Positions 34,801 to 48,041 of a stretch of 64,000 nt of DNA are shown in pieces (position 1 is the stretch's first letter; each line of letters starts with the position of its first letter). A model generated the notes under the pieces. It was given only the letters and a program-made list of their open reading frames with translations, had not been told where the DNA came from and did no database searches. Source of the stretch: Eledone cirrhosa (lineage: Eukaryota); the NCBI GenBank assembly GCA_964016885.1, contig OZ024740.1, positions 99,882,001 through 99,946,000 on the forward strand, read 5' to 3'. Both the position numbers and the translations under genes were made by a program.

Positions 34801-37800
34801 TCTCTATACTTGCAAGCAAAAATATCATAAATAGGTAAATAAATGAATAAAAGAGAGAAACTAATCTTTATGGTCTTATGTTATCACAAGCCAATGAGAA
34901 AGCCTACAGAGATGGCATGGAAAAAACCTGGCAGGTGGTTAATATTTTAGCTGTATTCAAATTTGAAACCATAAAGTCTCCAAAATCCTGTAGCGAAATC
35001 ATTCATGGGTTAAATTTTCTATGTTTATGAAAATGCTGTATGTCAAAAACCTAGACTAAAATAGCTATGATATTGTTATCAAAAATAGATTTGATGATAC
35101 TTAGGGGTGAATACATCAGTCAAGCTCTGTCTTGCAGATCTCTCTTTGCTCTCTTAGACACTGGCAGTGCTTCGGCAGTGGCAGTTTACTGAAGTAGTAA
35201 GTGCTTTTGCATCTAAGTCATAGCACACATGGGTTGGTAAAGCTCCCTCTCAGCTTTTACATATTCACTTCATGTGACACAATCACAACAAAATACTCTT
35301 ATCTACAAACACCACATTTTATCAACATATTAATGGAATCATTCTTTTTTATTTCAAAACTTTGCCTATTCCGTTTATGTTATTGTTTGCTACATCATTT
35401 TGTTGAATTCCATGGAACATCTAAATTAGCAGTGTTGGTTTCCTTGTTGGTCTGTCTGAGTGCTTTAGGGTCCTTATCCCTTTCCCCACTGCAATCACAC
35501 ATCAACACATACAACACATCACCAGTCAAAATCCATATGATAAACAGCTAGTCTCTGCATATGTAACACTCAACTAAGAAATGAAATTAAAGACAAAATC
35601 TGTAATACACACATTTATATTATTTATTACTCAACTTTACTCATAACTATGGAATGAAATTAAAGATATCAACTATTACTGACACAAGATCTATACTATT
35701 TATATTATTCATAAGATAACTGATTGTGAAATGAATATTTTAATTTATGATAGTAGGGTAACTATTGTACATCCTTCACTGAGATTCTGGATATGATTTA
35801 GTCTTTTCATTATTATGAAAATAAGGATAATGCAGCATCTTAAGATGTGTTCCATATTTAAGTTTGTTTAAAGCATTGCTGTATACATTATCATTTCAAT
35901 GCATTTTAAATAGTTTTGAATACAAAGACAAAATGAAACTGAAGTATTTTCTCCTTGACAATTTGTAGTTTTCATTAGTGCATTCACTTCTTGATGTAAA
36001 GATAAAAAAGTTATGGAAAGCGACTCCCACGGCAAGGAAGTAACATATGTGTAACAAAAAATAGTTTTCAAAGATTGTATCTCCTGCCATACAAAAGGTG
36101 TTTAAGATCAACTGCCGGTAGGAATGCTGTTTGCTAAATCTGAGGTAGAAGTTCATAGCATAAAATATAAACTTAGAATTCAGAATAAAAACGCCTCAAA
36201 CTAATAAATAAAGACATAAAGTGTATTTTTGGACATTGAAGTATCATTCAATTTATATTTGTGGATCTGACATATATCTTTCAAAATATTTCTTTGGTAG
36301 AAATTGAATTGTTTTTGTGCTTAAACATTTATGGATCCCAGCAGAAATTCAGAGTCCCTATATGGCCCCTGCATAAAGTTGGGTTATTAATATGTAGCAC
36401 ACATTGAGAAAGAGAAAACAAATAAAATATTTTTCTACTAGCTAATACAACAAAAATCTGAGGCAAGGTTTATGTATATAATCCCCAATATATCAAACGG
36501 CAACACCTCAACTGAGAAAGCTTTATCATTTCTTCATCATCATATATTTCTTTTTTATTTTGCTTCTTGACAAACTAGCATCAATTTGGATACTCTTCAT
36601 ACATTCAATTATTTAGCCAAAGTTCCTTTGCTTGCCTTCTTATCAGCAAACATCAGTAATATTCAGCTAGAAACAGATTTTTTCTGGCCTCTTCTCTTCA
36701 TTAATTTATTTCAAGTGATCCAACAAGCAGAACCAGCTGAACATTTTCTCACAGTTTTACACCATGAAAAAGCAAGCTGTGGTAATTGATAAGAGTGAAA
36801 GTATGGCATTAGTAGTAATGGTGGAAATAATAACATTTATTCTAGCTTGTTTCAAACATATATTAGATTAATGTATGCATATATATTTTTTGTTTGTTCA
36901 TCTGCTGGATTCAGTTATCTGAGTGTAGCTATGCTGTGACAATGCCTTCAAAGTTTTTAGTTGGTTATGTCACCTCCAACACTTTATCTGATATTTATTT
37001 CATTACTGATGCAAGATACAAACTGTAAAGTTAACATTAGCATAATGGTAGATAACTCTGTCAAACGAAAATACCACAGTCACTTTCTGTTAAAATGTAC
37101 CAGTTTTTGTTGATATAAACACACACACACATGCATACACACACAGGCATACCCATACATACACAAATATATGCATTCATCCATATCTGAATAAAGCAGT
37201 ATAGTTAATATAAAACATTGTGAGCACTTCATCCATAAAAAAAACCTTAATAATTGCTGCAACTAAGGCATTGAGGTCACCATAGAGGTAAAGGAGAAGC
37301 ATGTGGGGAATTGAAGAATTAAGAAAGCAATAATTGTAAATACACAGAACCCACTACTGCTACATGGAGCAGAGTGGTTTTTATGACTGCTTTGCATACA
37401 CAGTCCACACACACACAACATAGGACATGTTCATTTGAACAGTATGCATTATTTTGTTTTCTTGGTTTCTCATTTGAAAAGAAGTTATTTACCTTGAAAT
37501 ATTATGAAGGGTAAAAAATCTAAACATTATTTTGTTTTGTTTGTCGACCTTTACCCGAATACCATCTTTATGTATTGCTAACTACATTGTACCAGGTTTC
37601 TGAACTTCTTTTCACTTAATACATATCTGAGGTTGTTACCACTGTAAAGTATATTTGACAACTGTAATGTACCATTGCTTTGGCATATACTGTTTCATGC
37701 TGAATTTTCCTGCGAATTATATTAAGGATACATGTGCTGGTGAAATATTCAGCCACTTCATGTTAATATAATGTGTAAGACATTCCATTGATCAAACATC

Positions 37801-38059
37801 TGGGACACTCAGAGATCCATTTAATAATTATCTCAGCTTTAACATTATTTTCTATGCTTGTATGTGCTAAAAGGAGTGTTATGTTCTGGTGACTTGTCTT
37901 TCCCTTCTTCTTTGTTCACTTATTCTTGAGAGTGTCATGGTGGCAGGGTCCTCAGGCATGACTAGCTGAGGTTTCAAACAAAAGTGAGACCAGGTTATGA
38001 GTACTAGCCAACCATCCTGCTCTTAGTCTACCATTGGCTCTCCTGCCAGTAAGCTTTGC

Positions 38060-39545
38060 CTATAAAGTCTGTCATGAAATACTTTCCTTGGACCTTCAAA
38101 TCATGTGTCTGTATTACTAGAGCTGTGATTTCTCAATGCAGAGAAGTAGTGGTTCTACTTGGAGTGCTTCCCTGATCTTTGAGCTACATATCCTATTGAG
38201 TAATATTACTCCAGAGACACTTTGGAGAAAACCAATTACAATGATATATTCTAGTAAAGATAGGCACAAATACCAAATTGAAGATAATGAGTTTGGCTTT
38301 CACACTTTCTTCAAATCTGATGACTGTGTGCTAAAGCTGCTACATTATTACCCAGTGCAATAAAGTACCAGTAATACACTGGGTAATTGATGGCCTTGTG
38401 CCAAAAGTAGAAACAATTATTACCTCAGCCCCAGCAATTATTGCATTTAATTCAACCTCTTGTCTTCCCTCACTCATGAAAATGTCCCTGAGATACTTGG
38501 ACTTCTCCATCTGCTTCAGTGTAACCCCATTCCCATGTAGAGGCTTTCTAGAGAGGTCAAATGTCTCAGTCTTTGCAACACTCAGCAGTAACACTTTTTT
38601 CTTCTTCTTTTCCCACTTATTCCTGAGAGGGTCCTGTCAGAAGCGACCATCTCCAACTGGTGAAGCTGGATCCCCAAGTGATACCAATCAAGCTCATGAA
38701 CATTATCCAATCCTCTTGCTTGGGGTCTATCCCTGAGTCTCCTGCCAGTTGGTTTGCCTGTAAGATCTATCCAGTGATTCTTTCCTGAGACATTCTAACC
38801 ACATGCCCATTGTATCGGATCTGTGATCTCTCAATTTGGAGAAGTAGTGGCTCTACCTGGAGTGACGCTCTGACCTCCGAGCTACACACTCTATCGGGTA
38901 ACGATACTCTGAAGACCCTTCGGAGGAACAACATTTCAGCTGCTTGTATTCATGATCATATTCTTTCAATCACTACCCAAGATTCATGACCATAGGTAAG
39001 AGTTGGCATGAATACTGAATTGAAGATAGCAAGTTTGGCTTTTACACCAACCTCCCTTCTTCAGATACAGCCCCATGATACTGATTTTCTCTAACTGCTC
39101 CATTCACATGTAGAGGAGTGTCTCAGTTTTCACAGCACTAATTTTCATTCAAGCCATGCAGCACTCGTCATCAAACCTTCTGAGTGCAAGTCGTAGATCA
39201 CCATCTGTTGAATTAAGTAACACCATGTCATCCGCAAATTCCAGCCGACTTATTCAACACCCACCAGTCATGATATCACTTCTAATCTGGCTGTTCATGT
39301 CGATCCTGTTGTCAAACCTCCCCAGTGAAATGTTGGAAACCACATTATGATGTGATAAGTAGATCCATGTCATCCACAAATATTATTTTACCAATTCTAG
39401 ATTTGCTGATTTTGATACCTCTTCCACCACAGCTGCACCTGTCAATCCTATTCATGAATATTATGAACAGGAGATGGGACAATACACATGCCTGGCAGAT
39501 TTCGACACTGACATTGAATGGTTTAGATGGAATAGTTTTGATGGA
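38060..39545 (-). mobile_element. Fragments of a second RTE-like family (RT and C-terminal), with a SINE 3' fragment at ~38355-38420
   Basis: PFNVSVEICQACVLSHLLFIIFMNRI...FVDDMDL, LKQMEKSKYL..IF.SEGR.E.E, repeated GAGAAGTAGTGG.TCTAC.TGGAGTG (VEPLLL.IE) segments. Confidence 0.75.
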
Positions 39546-39651
39546 ATAAAAGCAATCATCTGACATCGTCTATCACAGTGAAGTAACAGAAGATACATTT
39601 GGGTTCTATATAGAAGAACCTATTCAAAAAAATATTTCAGTCTCCATTGGT

Positions 39652-39758
39652 AAATATACACGTTTAACCCTTTTTCAAGCCTAGTTGGGCTTTCATCAAA
39701 AGGTGTATCATCTGATGAAAACCCAACTAGGCTTGAGAAACAGTTAATGTGTTTATTG
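39652..39758 (+). mobile_element. Short fold-back with degenerate hammerhead-like core
   Basis: TCAAGCCTAGTTGGGCTTTCATCA / TGATGAAAACCCAACTAGGCTTGA inverted pair. CTGATGA 39712-39718, GAAA 39737-39740. Confidence 0.5.
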
Positions 39759-39851
39759 TATTTTCCAGTTTAAAGAGAAATATGTATATACTAAAAATGT
39801 GCGAATGTATATACGTATTTATGCAGCTTCCATTACTTCTCTCTCTATATT

Positions 39852-39966
<115 letters not shown>

Positions 39967-40030
39967 GTGGTAGAACACTGGAAGGTAATATCCGTAGTGG
40001 AAGAGCACTCAGTCCATGGGACAAGTTAGG

Positions 40031-40465
40031 TAGAAGTGGTTACTACACAACAGTTAGTTCACCATACCGAGAACAATTGTTTCACATTAGCGGATCCTTA
40101 TCTCGTAGTGGACATGGTTATACGGAACAGGAAGGACAACCGTACGAACGCGCATGCGCAGAAACGATCACTTCACACGCAATAGTGATTGCCAAAACAC
40201 GAGAAATGAATTCTTCACACGTTGTCCACACGTCTGGAACACCTCTTACATAACTACAAAGCCGCGGATTGAATTACAACAACATCCTACTTTTCTTATC
40301 AACCAGAAACTTTCGGACTTCGCAGTTATCTCCCTTACACAATTTAGTATTGCCTGTGTGAAGTAATCGTTTCCTGTTCCATATAACCATGTCCATTACG
40401 AGCTGAGGATCCGCTAAGGTGAAACAATTGTTCTCGGTATGGTGAACTAACTGTTGTGTTACCAC

Positions 40466-40470
<5 letters not shown>
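40031..40470 (+). mobile_element. Penelope-like 3' end with inverted terminal copy
   Basis: Arms ~40031-40133 and ~40370-40470 are reverse complements. Internal NTRNEFFTRCPH resembles the PLE C-terminal LNKRSE..SKCRH motif. Confidence 0.75.
40398..40437 (+). ncRNA. Minimal type I hammerhead ribozyme
   Basis: CGAG-CTGAGGA-tCC gctaa GGt-GAAA-C AATT G-TT-CTCG, palindromic stem III. Confidence 0.75.
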
Positions 40471-40501
<31 letters not shown>

Positions 40502-40674
40502 ATCATGATTTCGTTGTACTGTAAAAGCTCAATTGATGTAAGATTCGAAAAAACCCATCCCAGACCTTACTTACACAAGAATATTACATATTATATAATA
40601 TAAAACATGTAACAGGTGCAAAATTAATCAGAATATAAAACATATTTTACATTACTTATTATACCTAAACGAAT

Positions 40675-40777
40675 ACTATACAGCTATTTCAAATTTCAAA
40701 AAAAAAGTCACAAACTACCAGGGTGAAAACATACAAGGCAGACCTTATGGAATTCAAGTTCGATTTTCTTCAGTAGG
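40675..40777 (-). ncRNA. Candidate type I hammerhead with long domain II
   Basis: Minus strand: CTA-CTGAAGA-(~76 nt)-GAAA-T AGCT G-TA-TAG. Confidence 0.5.
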
Positions 40778-41757
40778 AATTGTGTTTGAACTAGAACCAC
40801 AAAATATAATTTATCTATTAGGAGATCAATTGAAAAACTGACTCATCATCATAGCTATATGGACAAATGACACCACACTGGAATAATAACTGACTACATG
40901 TGTATTTTTGGCATTATATGGACAGTAAAAATGTTGATGAAAGAGCTACAAATAGTTCTACAACTCATTAAAATAGAGCAACTCACCATAAATATGGGAG
41001 CATATACATATATAATGAGCTTCCTTAGAGTTTCTGTCTACTAAATTTCACCTTTTACTCACAATACATTGGTCAACTTGTGACACTATTCGAAAGTACT
41101 ACACAAGATTTGTAAATGTTTTGCCTGTTAGAGTTCCATGTTCAGTAAAAATGATTCTTACTGGAGTAGAGAAATGTAATGGAGTGTGGAAAATGGGATG
41201 CCTGCCTGCTTCTTGATCTCACTTATGTTAAATACAATTGCAATTTCTATTTTTGGCTGTTAAGAGTAGGCATCAACTATCATAGAGTTAACCAGATTAG
41301 GATGTTTGCCAAGATTATTCTGACTGAGAAATGAAGTTATATTTTATTTCCTGGTAGAAAAACGCACTTGGAGAATTCCACTTCATATTGCAGATGTTTA
41401 ATTTTTAGGCCTTTAAAATGAAAATGTATGTGGTTCAATTCGTATTTGTACAATACATTGAGATAATCTTTGATTGAAAGTTTCACAAGTCTAATTCATG
41501 CAAATATCATATAATTTTCTTTGGATCTAAAATCTTTTGCTGTTTGCAGCAAAACTCTATATTACATAACTATTAAAATTCTCTTATAGTGCTATACTGC
41601 ATTCATCAAATTCAATTATCTTCATATATATCATTCAGCACTAGTAAGTACATTTATCACAGATGTTTCCATAGGGTATATTTGAAATATTTACATTGCT
41701 ATATTAATTTCTGACATAAGCACTTGCACAATTTTTATAGCACTAATTCACTTCTCG

Positions 41758-41890
41758 TGGACTGGTACTTTATTCATTCTGAAAGGAAGAAAAGCAAAGT
41801 TGACTTGGATAGAATTTGAAATCAGAGCTCTGAGAGCCAGAACAAAAGCCATAAGGCATTTATCCCAACATGCTAATGACCTTGACAGTT
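41758..41890 (-). mobile_element. Diverged tRNA-SINE fragment
   Basis: ACTGGTACTTTATT...GAAAAGCAAAGTTGAC...ATTTGAA.TCAGA. Confidence 0.6.
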
Positions 41891-42744
41891 TGCTGATTAT
41901 ACCATCAGATAAAAATAAAAATTAGTTGTGTTAAAGTTTGTATTAAATGAGTTGCATTAATTCTAATCATTCCCATTTTTGTTGAATATTTATTCCTCAG
42001 CCACTTAGTCATGTACCTGTAGATTTATAGCATGGAGGTGACTGGTTAAAAGATTAGAAGTTATTCACTGAGAAATAGATATACCATGCATTTATCTTTT
42101 TGAGTGTCACACAGAATGCTATATTGTGCAAAATGTATTGTTATGGCTATTGGTTAGTTCCAGGCCAGTCCTGATCCTGATTTAGATGTTCAAAGGTTTT
42201 CCAGTTATGAATATTTTGTGATTTAGCCTTATCTTTGACTAAAAGTTATTTCTCTGTTAAACATATGGAACACCTCAGCTATTTGGTATATCATAAACTT
42301 CATAATCCAATGATTTCTCCATGTTTAATATATGAGTGTGTAATTTGAGGAATTTGGCTGCGGTTTCTAGCTGTTGTTTTTGTTGTCACGCCATAGCTTT
42401 TCAGCTATAAACATTCCATCTTCTTTTAGGTAATGTGTATTCCTGACTACTTGCAAGACAGTAGTGTTCAAAATGAGGGAGAATCTTTTGCTATTTCTGT
42501 CAGGTCAAGCAACTGTGCAAAAAGCTCTCTTGTTGACTCAAAATGCAGTGGTTATTACACAATGTAGAATGACAGTATAGACAAGCTACACATAGAAAAG
42601 GTAGAGCAATATAGATAATTTACATTTCCTCTATTGTTCAGTTTGAGATCAGCCCTGAGAGAACAAATCTATGAAGAAAGGCTTCCTAGAAATGACTGTC
42701 CCATCATTTTAAATATCATGAACTACAATCTATTATGTAATCTT

Positions 42745-43700
42745 ATTACCATCATAGCATTCATAATTTTACATTCGAATTTTCATGCTAGCACGTGTTA
42801 TTTGAGTCTTTTCTAAAATGGTGTCTCACCGGTTGTGATTATTTATCAACTCCTTCATGAAGATTAGCCTCTTGAGAACAAATTCCACCAATTGTCCCAG
42901 TCTTAAACTTTTCAGGAGAAACATCATAAAAAGTAGTTGGCTGAGAACTGAGCCCTGAAGGATATGTACTTTAAATTCTGCTCTTAATTTGTTGCTGATT
43001 GTAAGTGAACTGATATCATTCTTGTACACTACTATTCATCTACAGAACATTTCTTTACTGACCACCTGATTACAGAGCATGATAACCCAACTAAGGCCTT
43101 CTTCAGGTGAATAAATGCTAGATATACTAGTTCACTTTTCATTAAAACTTTCACTGTGTTTGTCTCACTATAAAGAAGGTATTAGTGGTACACACTCTCG
43201 GTTGAAAATTGACATACATCTAATCTGTGTTCATTCTATTGCTAGCTAGTTTTGCAATGAGTTTTTCTGTTATATCTATGCAATATTTTCTCTTGTAGCA
43301 ATTGACATTCATTGTGTATCACAATTTCTTGCATTCATCTTGTTCAGCAATCTTATATATTTATTCTTCGTGTCAGTGAAGACACGTGCACTTCTGTTAC
43401 TTCATGCACACCTTTCTCCAATGACATATATTGGCACAATGTTTTGCAGTCTAGAATAACTCATGTTTTTAAATTTCTCATCCCAGAACTTTAGCAAACC
43501 TCTAGATATCAGCTTCTCTTCTTGCTATATATTCATAATATCTAGCTTCTCATCTTGCCCCCTGATATTTTTTGTGCTCCCACCCTTTTTACAATCTTTC
43601 AAGGCCTGTCTTTTTGCTTTTATTTCTGTAGCTACTACACCATTCTATCACCACATCTAGCTTGAACCTTGCTCAATATGTATATCATGTCAATGGCTTG
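42745..43700 (-). mobile_element. Decayed RTE LINE (RT region)
   Basis: QGSVLSQLLF, YLAFIHLKKAL, homology to 58.5-59.6 kb. Confidence 0.65.
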
Positions 43701-43914
43701 CAGTAGGTTGCCTTGTATAACTATCAGTTGTCCTCAATGTTATAAATCATTATCTCAATCACACTCACCCGAGCAAGAACTATTTATTTGATCCTTCATA
43801 TAATTGAGAAATTGTTCAGCTTCTGTACCTTACCTCTGTATATTGTCTTGTCATTGAGTCCATCTAGCTCTTATCCAACACTATATTGTCCTATAACATC
43901 CTTAACGTTTTCTC

Positions 43915-43950
43915 GGTTTGAGCCCTGTGTGGCTAATAAAGAAATTGTAA
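43915..43950 (+). mobile_element. Tx1-like 3' terminus
   Basis: GAGCCCTGTGTGGCTAATAAAGAAATT followed by (TAT)n, similar to the 26470 terminus. Confidence 0.55.
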
Positions 43951-43988
43951 CGTTATTATAATTATTATCATTATTATTATTATTAAAT

Positions 43989-44180
43989 GGCGGTGGATTG
44001 GCAGTATCGGTAGAGCGTCGAACGCCATGCTTTGAAGCATAGAGTTACCTCCCTTTATGATCTGAGTTCAAATCCCGCCAAGGTTAACTTTGCCTTTCAT
44101 CCTTACGGGGTTGATAAAATAAAGTACCAGTAATGCACTGGGATAATTGCTGGCCTTGTGCCAAAAGTAGAAACAATTAT
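43989..44180 (+). mobile_element. tRNA-derived SINE, full length
   Basis: GGCGGTGGATTGGCAGTATCGG...GAAACAATTATT. Confidence 0.92.
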
Positions 44181-45586
44181 TATTGTTATTAATATTATCC
44201 ATCACAAAATCCTGACCTTTTCGTAGTATCTAAATATAGTATTGTATTTAATGATATTCTCAGGAAATATTCTATCACATGCTAATTATCTCTCTCTCTA
44301 CTAATGGCCGAATATCTAGTTGTTAATAGACATTCTGAGAGGACTCCATCTTGCATACACATAATTTTAACACTTACAAATATTTGCAGGCCATTAAGTA
44401 CCCCTTTCTGCACATGCCTTTATTTTACTTTATTTTTAGATTTACCTCTCCACTACTATTATTTTTATAATCTCATTTTATTTTGTAATTTTAATTTAGC
44501 GTGATACTAATTATAAATTAATATTTTTCATTCTTAGTTCCTCATTGCATGCACTACATTCTTAGTTTTTACTTTATTATCTAAATTCTTTCCTCAAACT
44601 AATTTAATTCAAATCATCTTGTCCTTTTTTTCTATAACACTTCCATGGTTGGTTAACTAAGTATTTAGACTGACAATACTTTTGATATTCAAAAAAACAT
44701 CCAGAATTTAAAGGCATTTAGTAATATATCTATTTTTTTAAGCTTGTGTTTCAAGCATAACTTAACAAAATTTGTTTACATAAAATTATGATGGATTTAA
44801 ATTTAAATGCAAACACTTTAAAACAGATAGCTTTGTATCACTGAATCAGGGGCAGTTTCAGAGAATTTTGTACCAGAAGTGTTAACCAAAGATTGATCTA
44901 TTACAGATAAAATACATATAGAAGAGAACATAGGGTGATTTTAAGGTGAATGTGTTATTTATATTTTTTTAATATAATTTAATTAATTAATTAATATATT
45001 ACACAACACATTGAGTAAGGTATATTTTAGTTTAAATTCTTTAATGATTATTTTCACACATTATCTTCTTAGACTTGTAGGTTTATAATTAATTTACTCA
45101 ACACCATTTCACAATACCATTCATATTATATAATTCTTAAACCTAATTCCCTAGCTAATAAATATTTAGCTAAAAATCCCTAAATCATTATAGCCACTTC
45201 TATATTCAGTATCAAAATAATACATCTGTAATTTATTAATCAAAGTATCTGCGAAGAAGGACATTTAATATGCAAATCAGTCTATTTAGTTTACTTAGTA
45301 GTAGTTTAAAGCAGTGCTTCTGTGTACAGTAAAAGAGTTTGCTCTGTTACTGACAAAATCCCAATACAATATTGAAAGTAGTCCGACTTTCCATACTTTT
45401 TCTGTCAACAAAGATATTATATATAGAGGAAAAGTGTTCAAATTTCTTTATTATATAAATTATTGTCTAAAATATATATAAATTCTGATGTCAGATTAAA
45501 GAAACGAATTAGAAACAATTGAATAAACTGCTAAGAATGCATTATAAGATGTGAATTAGTTTATTTGATACATTCAGGTCTTTAAT

Positions 45587-45773
45587 AATTGTTTCTACTT
45601 TTGGCACAAGGCCAGCAATTATCCCATTGTATTACTGGTGCTTTATTTTATCGACCCTGTAAGGATGAAAGGCAAAGTTAACCTCGGCGGATTTGAACTC
45701 AGACCATAAAAAAGTGCCGTAACTCTTTGCTGTAAAGCATGGCGTCAGACCCTCTACTTATACTGCCAATCCA
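45587..45773 (-). mobile_element. tRNA-derived SINE, full length
   Basis: Family motifs. Confidence 0.9.
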
Positions 45774-46592
45774 ATGGTGAATATATGTGAAGAATTTCTG
45801 GGTAGAGTAAATGGTAGTACGTAGTCACTGCTGAAACTCAACAGCAGATTGAATTTAATCTGGTTCATCTCTCTTTTCCTGTCCATGGCAATATTATGTA
45901 TAGAGACAAGGCATTTACTTCTATTGCATAGTGTTGTCTAAAATATATAGTATAGTGACGTGTTGTCATGGTCCAAGACAATTATGGTGCCAGCATTAGC
46001 ATTTTACATGTGGTACATAAATTAATTAATGCCACAGTGTAAAATTAGATGAGTCAGGGCAGCATTAATATTTACAGAGTGTACTGAGTGCATTTTGTAA
46101 TCTAGATAAGTTGGTGTAATTAGCTAGAACACTTATCATGAACCGTGCATACTGACGCAGATTTTTTTTCCATTCATGTACATATATATATATATATATG
46201 TATACACAACCTTGCAAGCAGGGTAAAGCGGATGTAGAATTATGATGATATATATATATATATATATATATATATCAAGTAAGTATGTTTTGAAACAGTG
46301 AGCAGGTTTGAAATTAGAAAATAGAATAGCTTTCACCGTATTTTTGACTAAAGGAATTTTAGCCTGATAATGGGGTTTAGAACCCTCAGATAAATGGAAA
46401 AAGATGAGTATTGACGTACATATATATATGGGATAACAGGTTATCGTTATAAGTAGTCCACTTAGATGTAGTCCAGTTAGAGTACTCTGTGTTGTGGATG
46501 GTATTAACATATGGCTTAGTTTGACTCAACAAGAAATTTCCATAGTGATGCTGCGAGTTCACGGTGATTTCTATGTAGTTTATACTTGGAGT

Positions 46593-47997
46593 AATAATAA
46601 TTCAAGAAAGAGGAGTGACATGGTTGGCTATACAATAAGGGCTTTATTCACATTGCTGACAATTGTTTCTTTGATCTGGTAGGTCTAGAGTTCGCTAATC
46701 GCTTGATGTTGTCTCAATCGATCTCCAATACTTTGTTTATAACCAGTTTCATTAGAGCATGCGAAAGTGAGGAAGATACTCAAGGCATGGCTTTTATAGA
46801 GGAGTGGTATTAAACCAGAACAATAATATCAATAATAAAATAACTAGATACTGAATAGTTAGAATAATAACATCAATATAAGTAAGAAATAGAGTATAAT
46901 GATAAATCTAGCATATTAAATGAGCTGATATAATATAGATGTATGAAATTGACATGTGAAAACTGCTATAGGGTACATTAGATGTAGTATTAAGGTGGTG
47001 ATGAGATAACTGATAAAATGTACTTGGAGTCAGGATTTAGGAGTAATTATGAGATATATACGTGTGCTGTAGGTCTAAAAGCACACTAGCAATAAACTGG
47101 AGATTGATTTAAGTTCATCAGTTAGAGATCGTGAGTGCTAACTGATGAACTTAATTCTAAGTACATTATCTTATTACTCCTACACTCCTTGAAATCTTAT
47201 TTTCTTCTTATTATTATTATGATCATCTCAATGTATCCCTAATTTTATTCATCATGTTCTCTCTATTATTGTTGTTATTATTCTCTTATGTATACACTAT
47301 TTGTTATTGATGTTGTGAAAACTAAATTCCCATGATTCGAACTAACAATCCCAACTTTTAGAAAAGGCCACCTAAACCTTTAAATAGCGAATCTACAACC
47401 ACGTAAGAATCATATACCTCTATGCATCCACTCTATCATTCTCACTAAGTTGATACAACGAAAATACTTATCTGTCAAAATATAAATCATTCTCTGGTTT
47501 ATTGCTAGTGTCCTTTTAGACCTACAGTACACATATGTACCTCATAATTACTCCTAAATCCTGACTCCAAGTACATTTTATCAGTTATCTCATCACCACC
47601 TTAATACTAAATCTAATGTACCCTATAGTAGTTTTCACATGTCAATTTCACACATCTATATTATATCAGCTCATTTAATATGCTAGATTTATCATTATAC
47701 TCTATTTCTTACTTATATTGATGTTATTATTCTAACTATTCAGTATCTAGTTATTTTATTATTGATATTATTGTTCTGGTTTAATACCACTCCTCTATAA
47801 AAGCCATGCCTTGAGTATCTTCCTCACTTTCGCATGCTCTGATGAAACGACTGGTTATAAACAAAGTATTGGAGATCGATTAACGCAACATCAAGCGAGT
47901 AGCGAACTCTAGACCTACCAGATCAAAGAAACAATTGTCAGCAATGTGAATAAAGCCCTTATTGTATAACCAATCATGTCACTCTTCTTTCTTGAAT

Positions 47998-48001
<4 letters not shown>
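46593..48001 (+). mobile_element. Large fold-back element (~510-bp inverted arms, ~390-bp spacer), probable Penelope-like pLTR inversion
   Basis: 46593-~47103 is the reverse complement of ~47491-48001 with few differences. HHR in the arms. (TA)n on the right. Confidence 0.85.
47834..47946 (+). ncRNA. Type I hammerhead with long domain II
   Basis: TGCT-CTGATGA(47839-45)-..CTGGT..(~80 nt)..ACCAG..-GAAA(47928-31)-C AATT G-TC-AGCA. Confidence 0.65.
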
Positions 48002-48037
<36 letters not shown>

Positions 48038-48041
48038 GTAC

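Noticed and set aside
35868-36789. Short ORFs in apparently unique sequence
   Set aside because: No recognisable domain, splice structure or codon signal by eye.
46366-46395. CTGATAA-tGGGG..CCC HHR-like motif (also CTGATAA near 18896)
   Set aside because: Core mutated and GAAA/NUH elements not properly placed.
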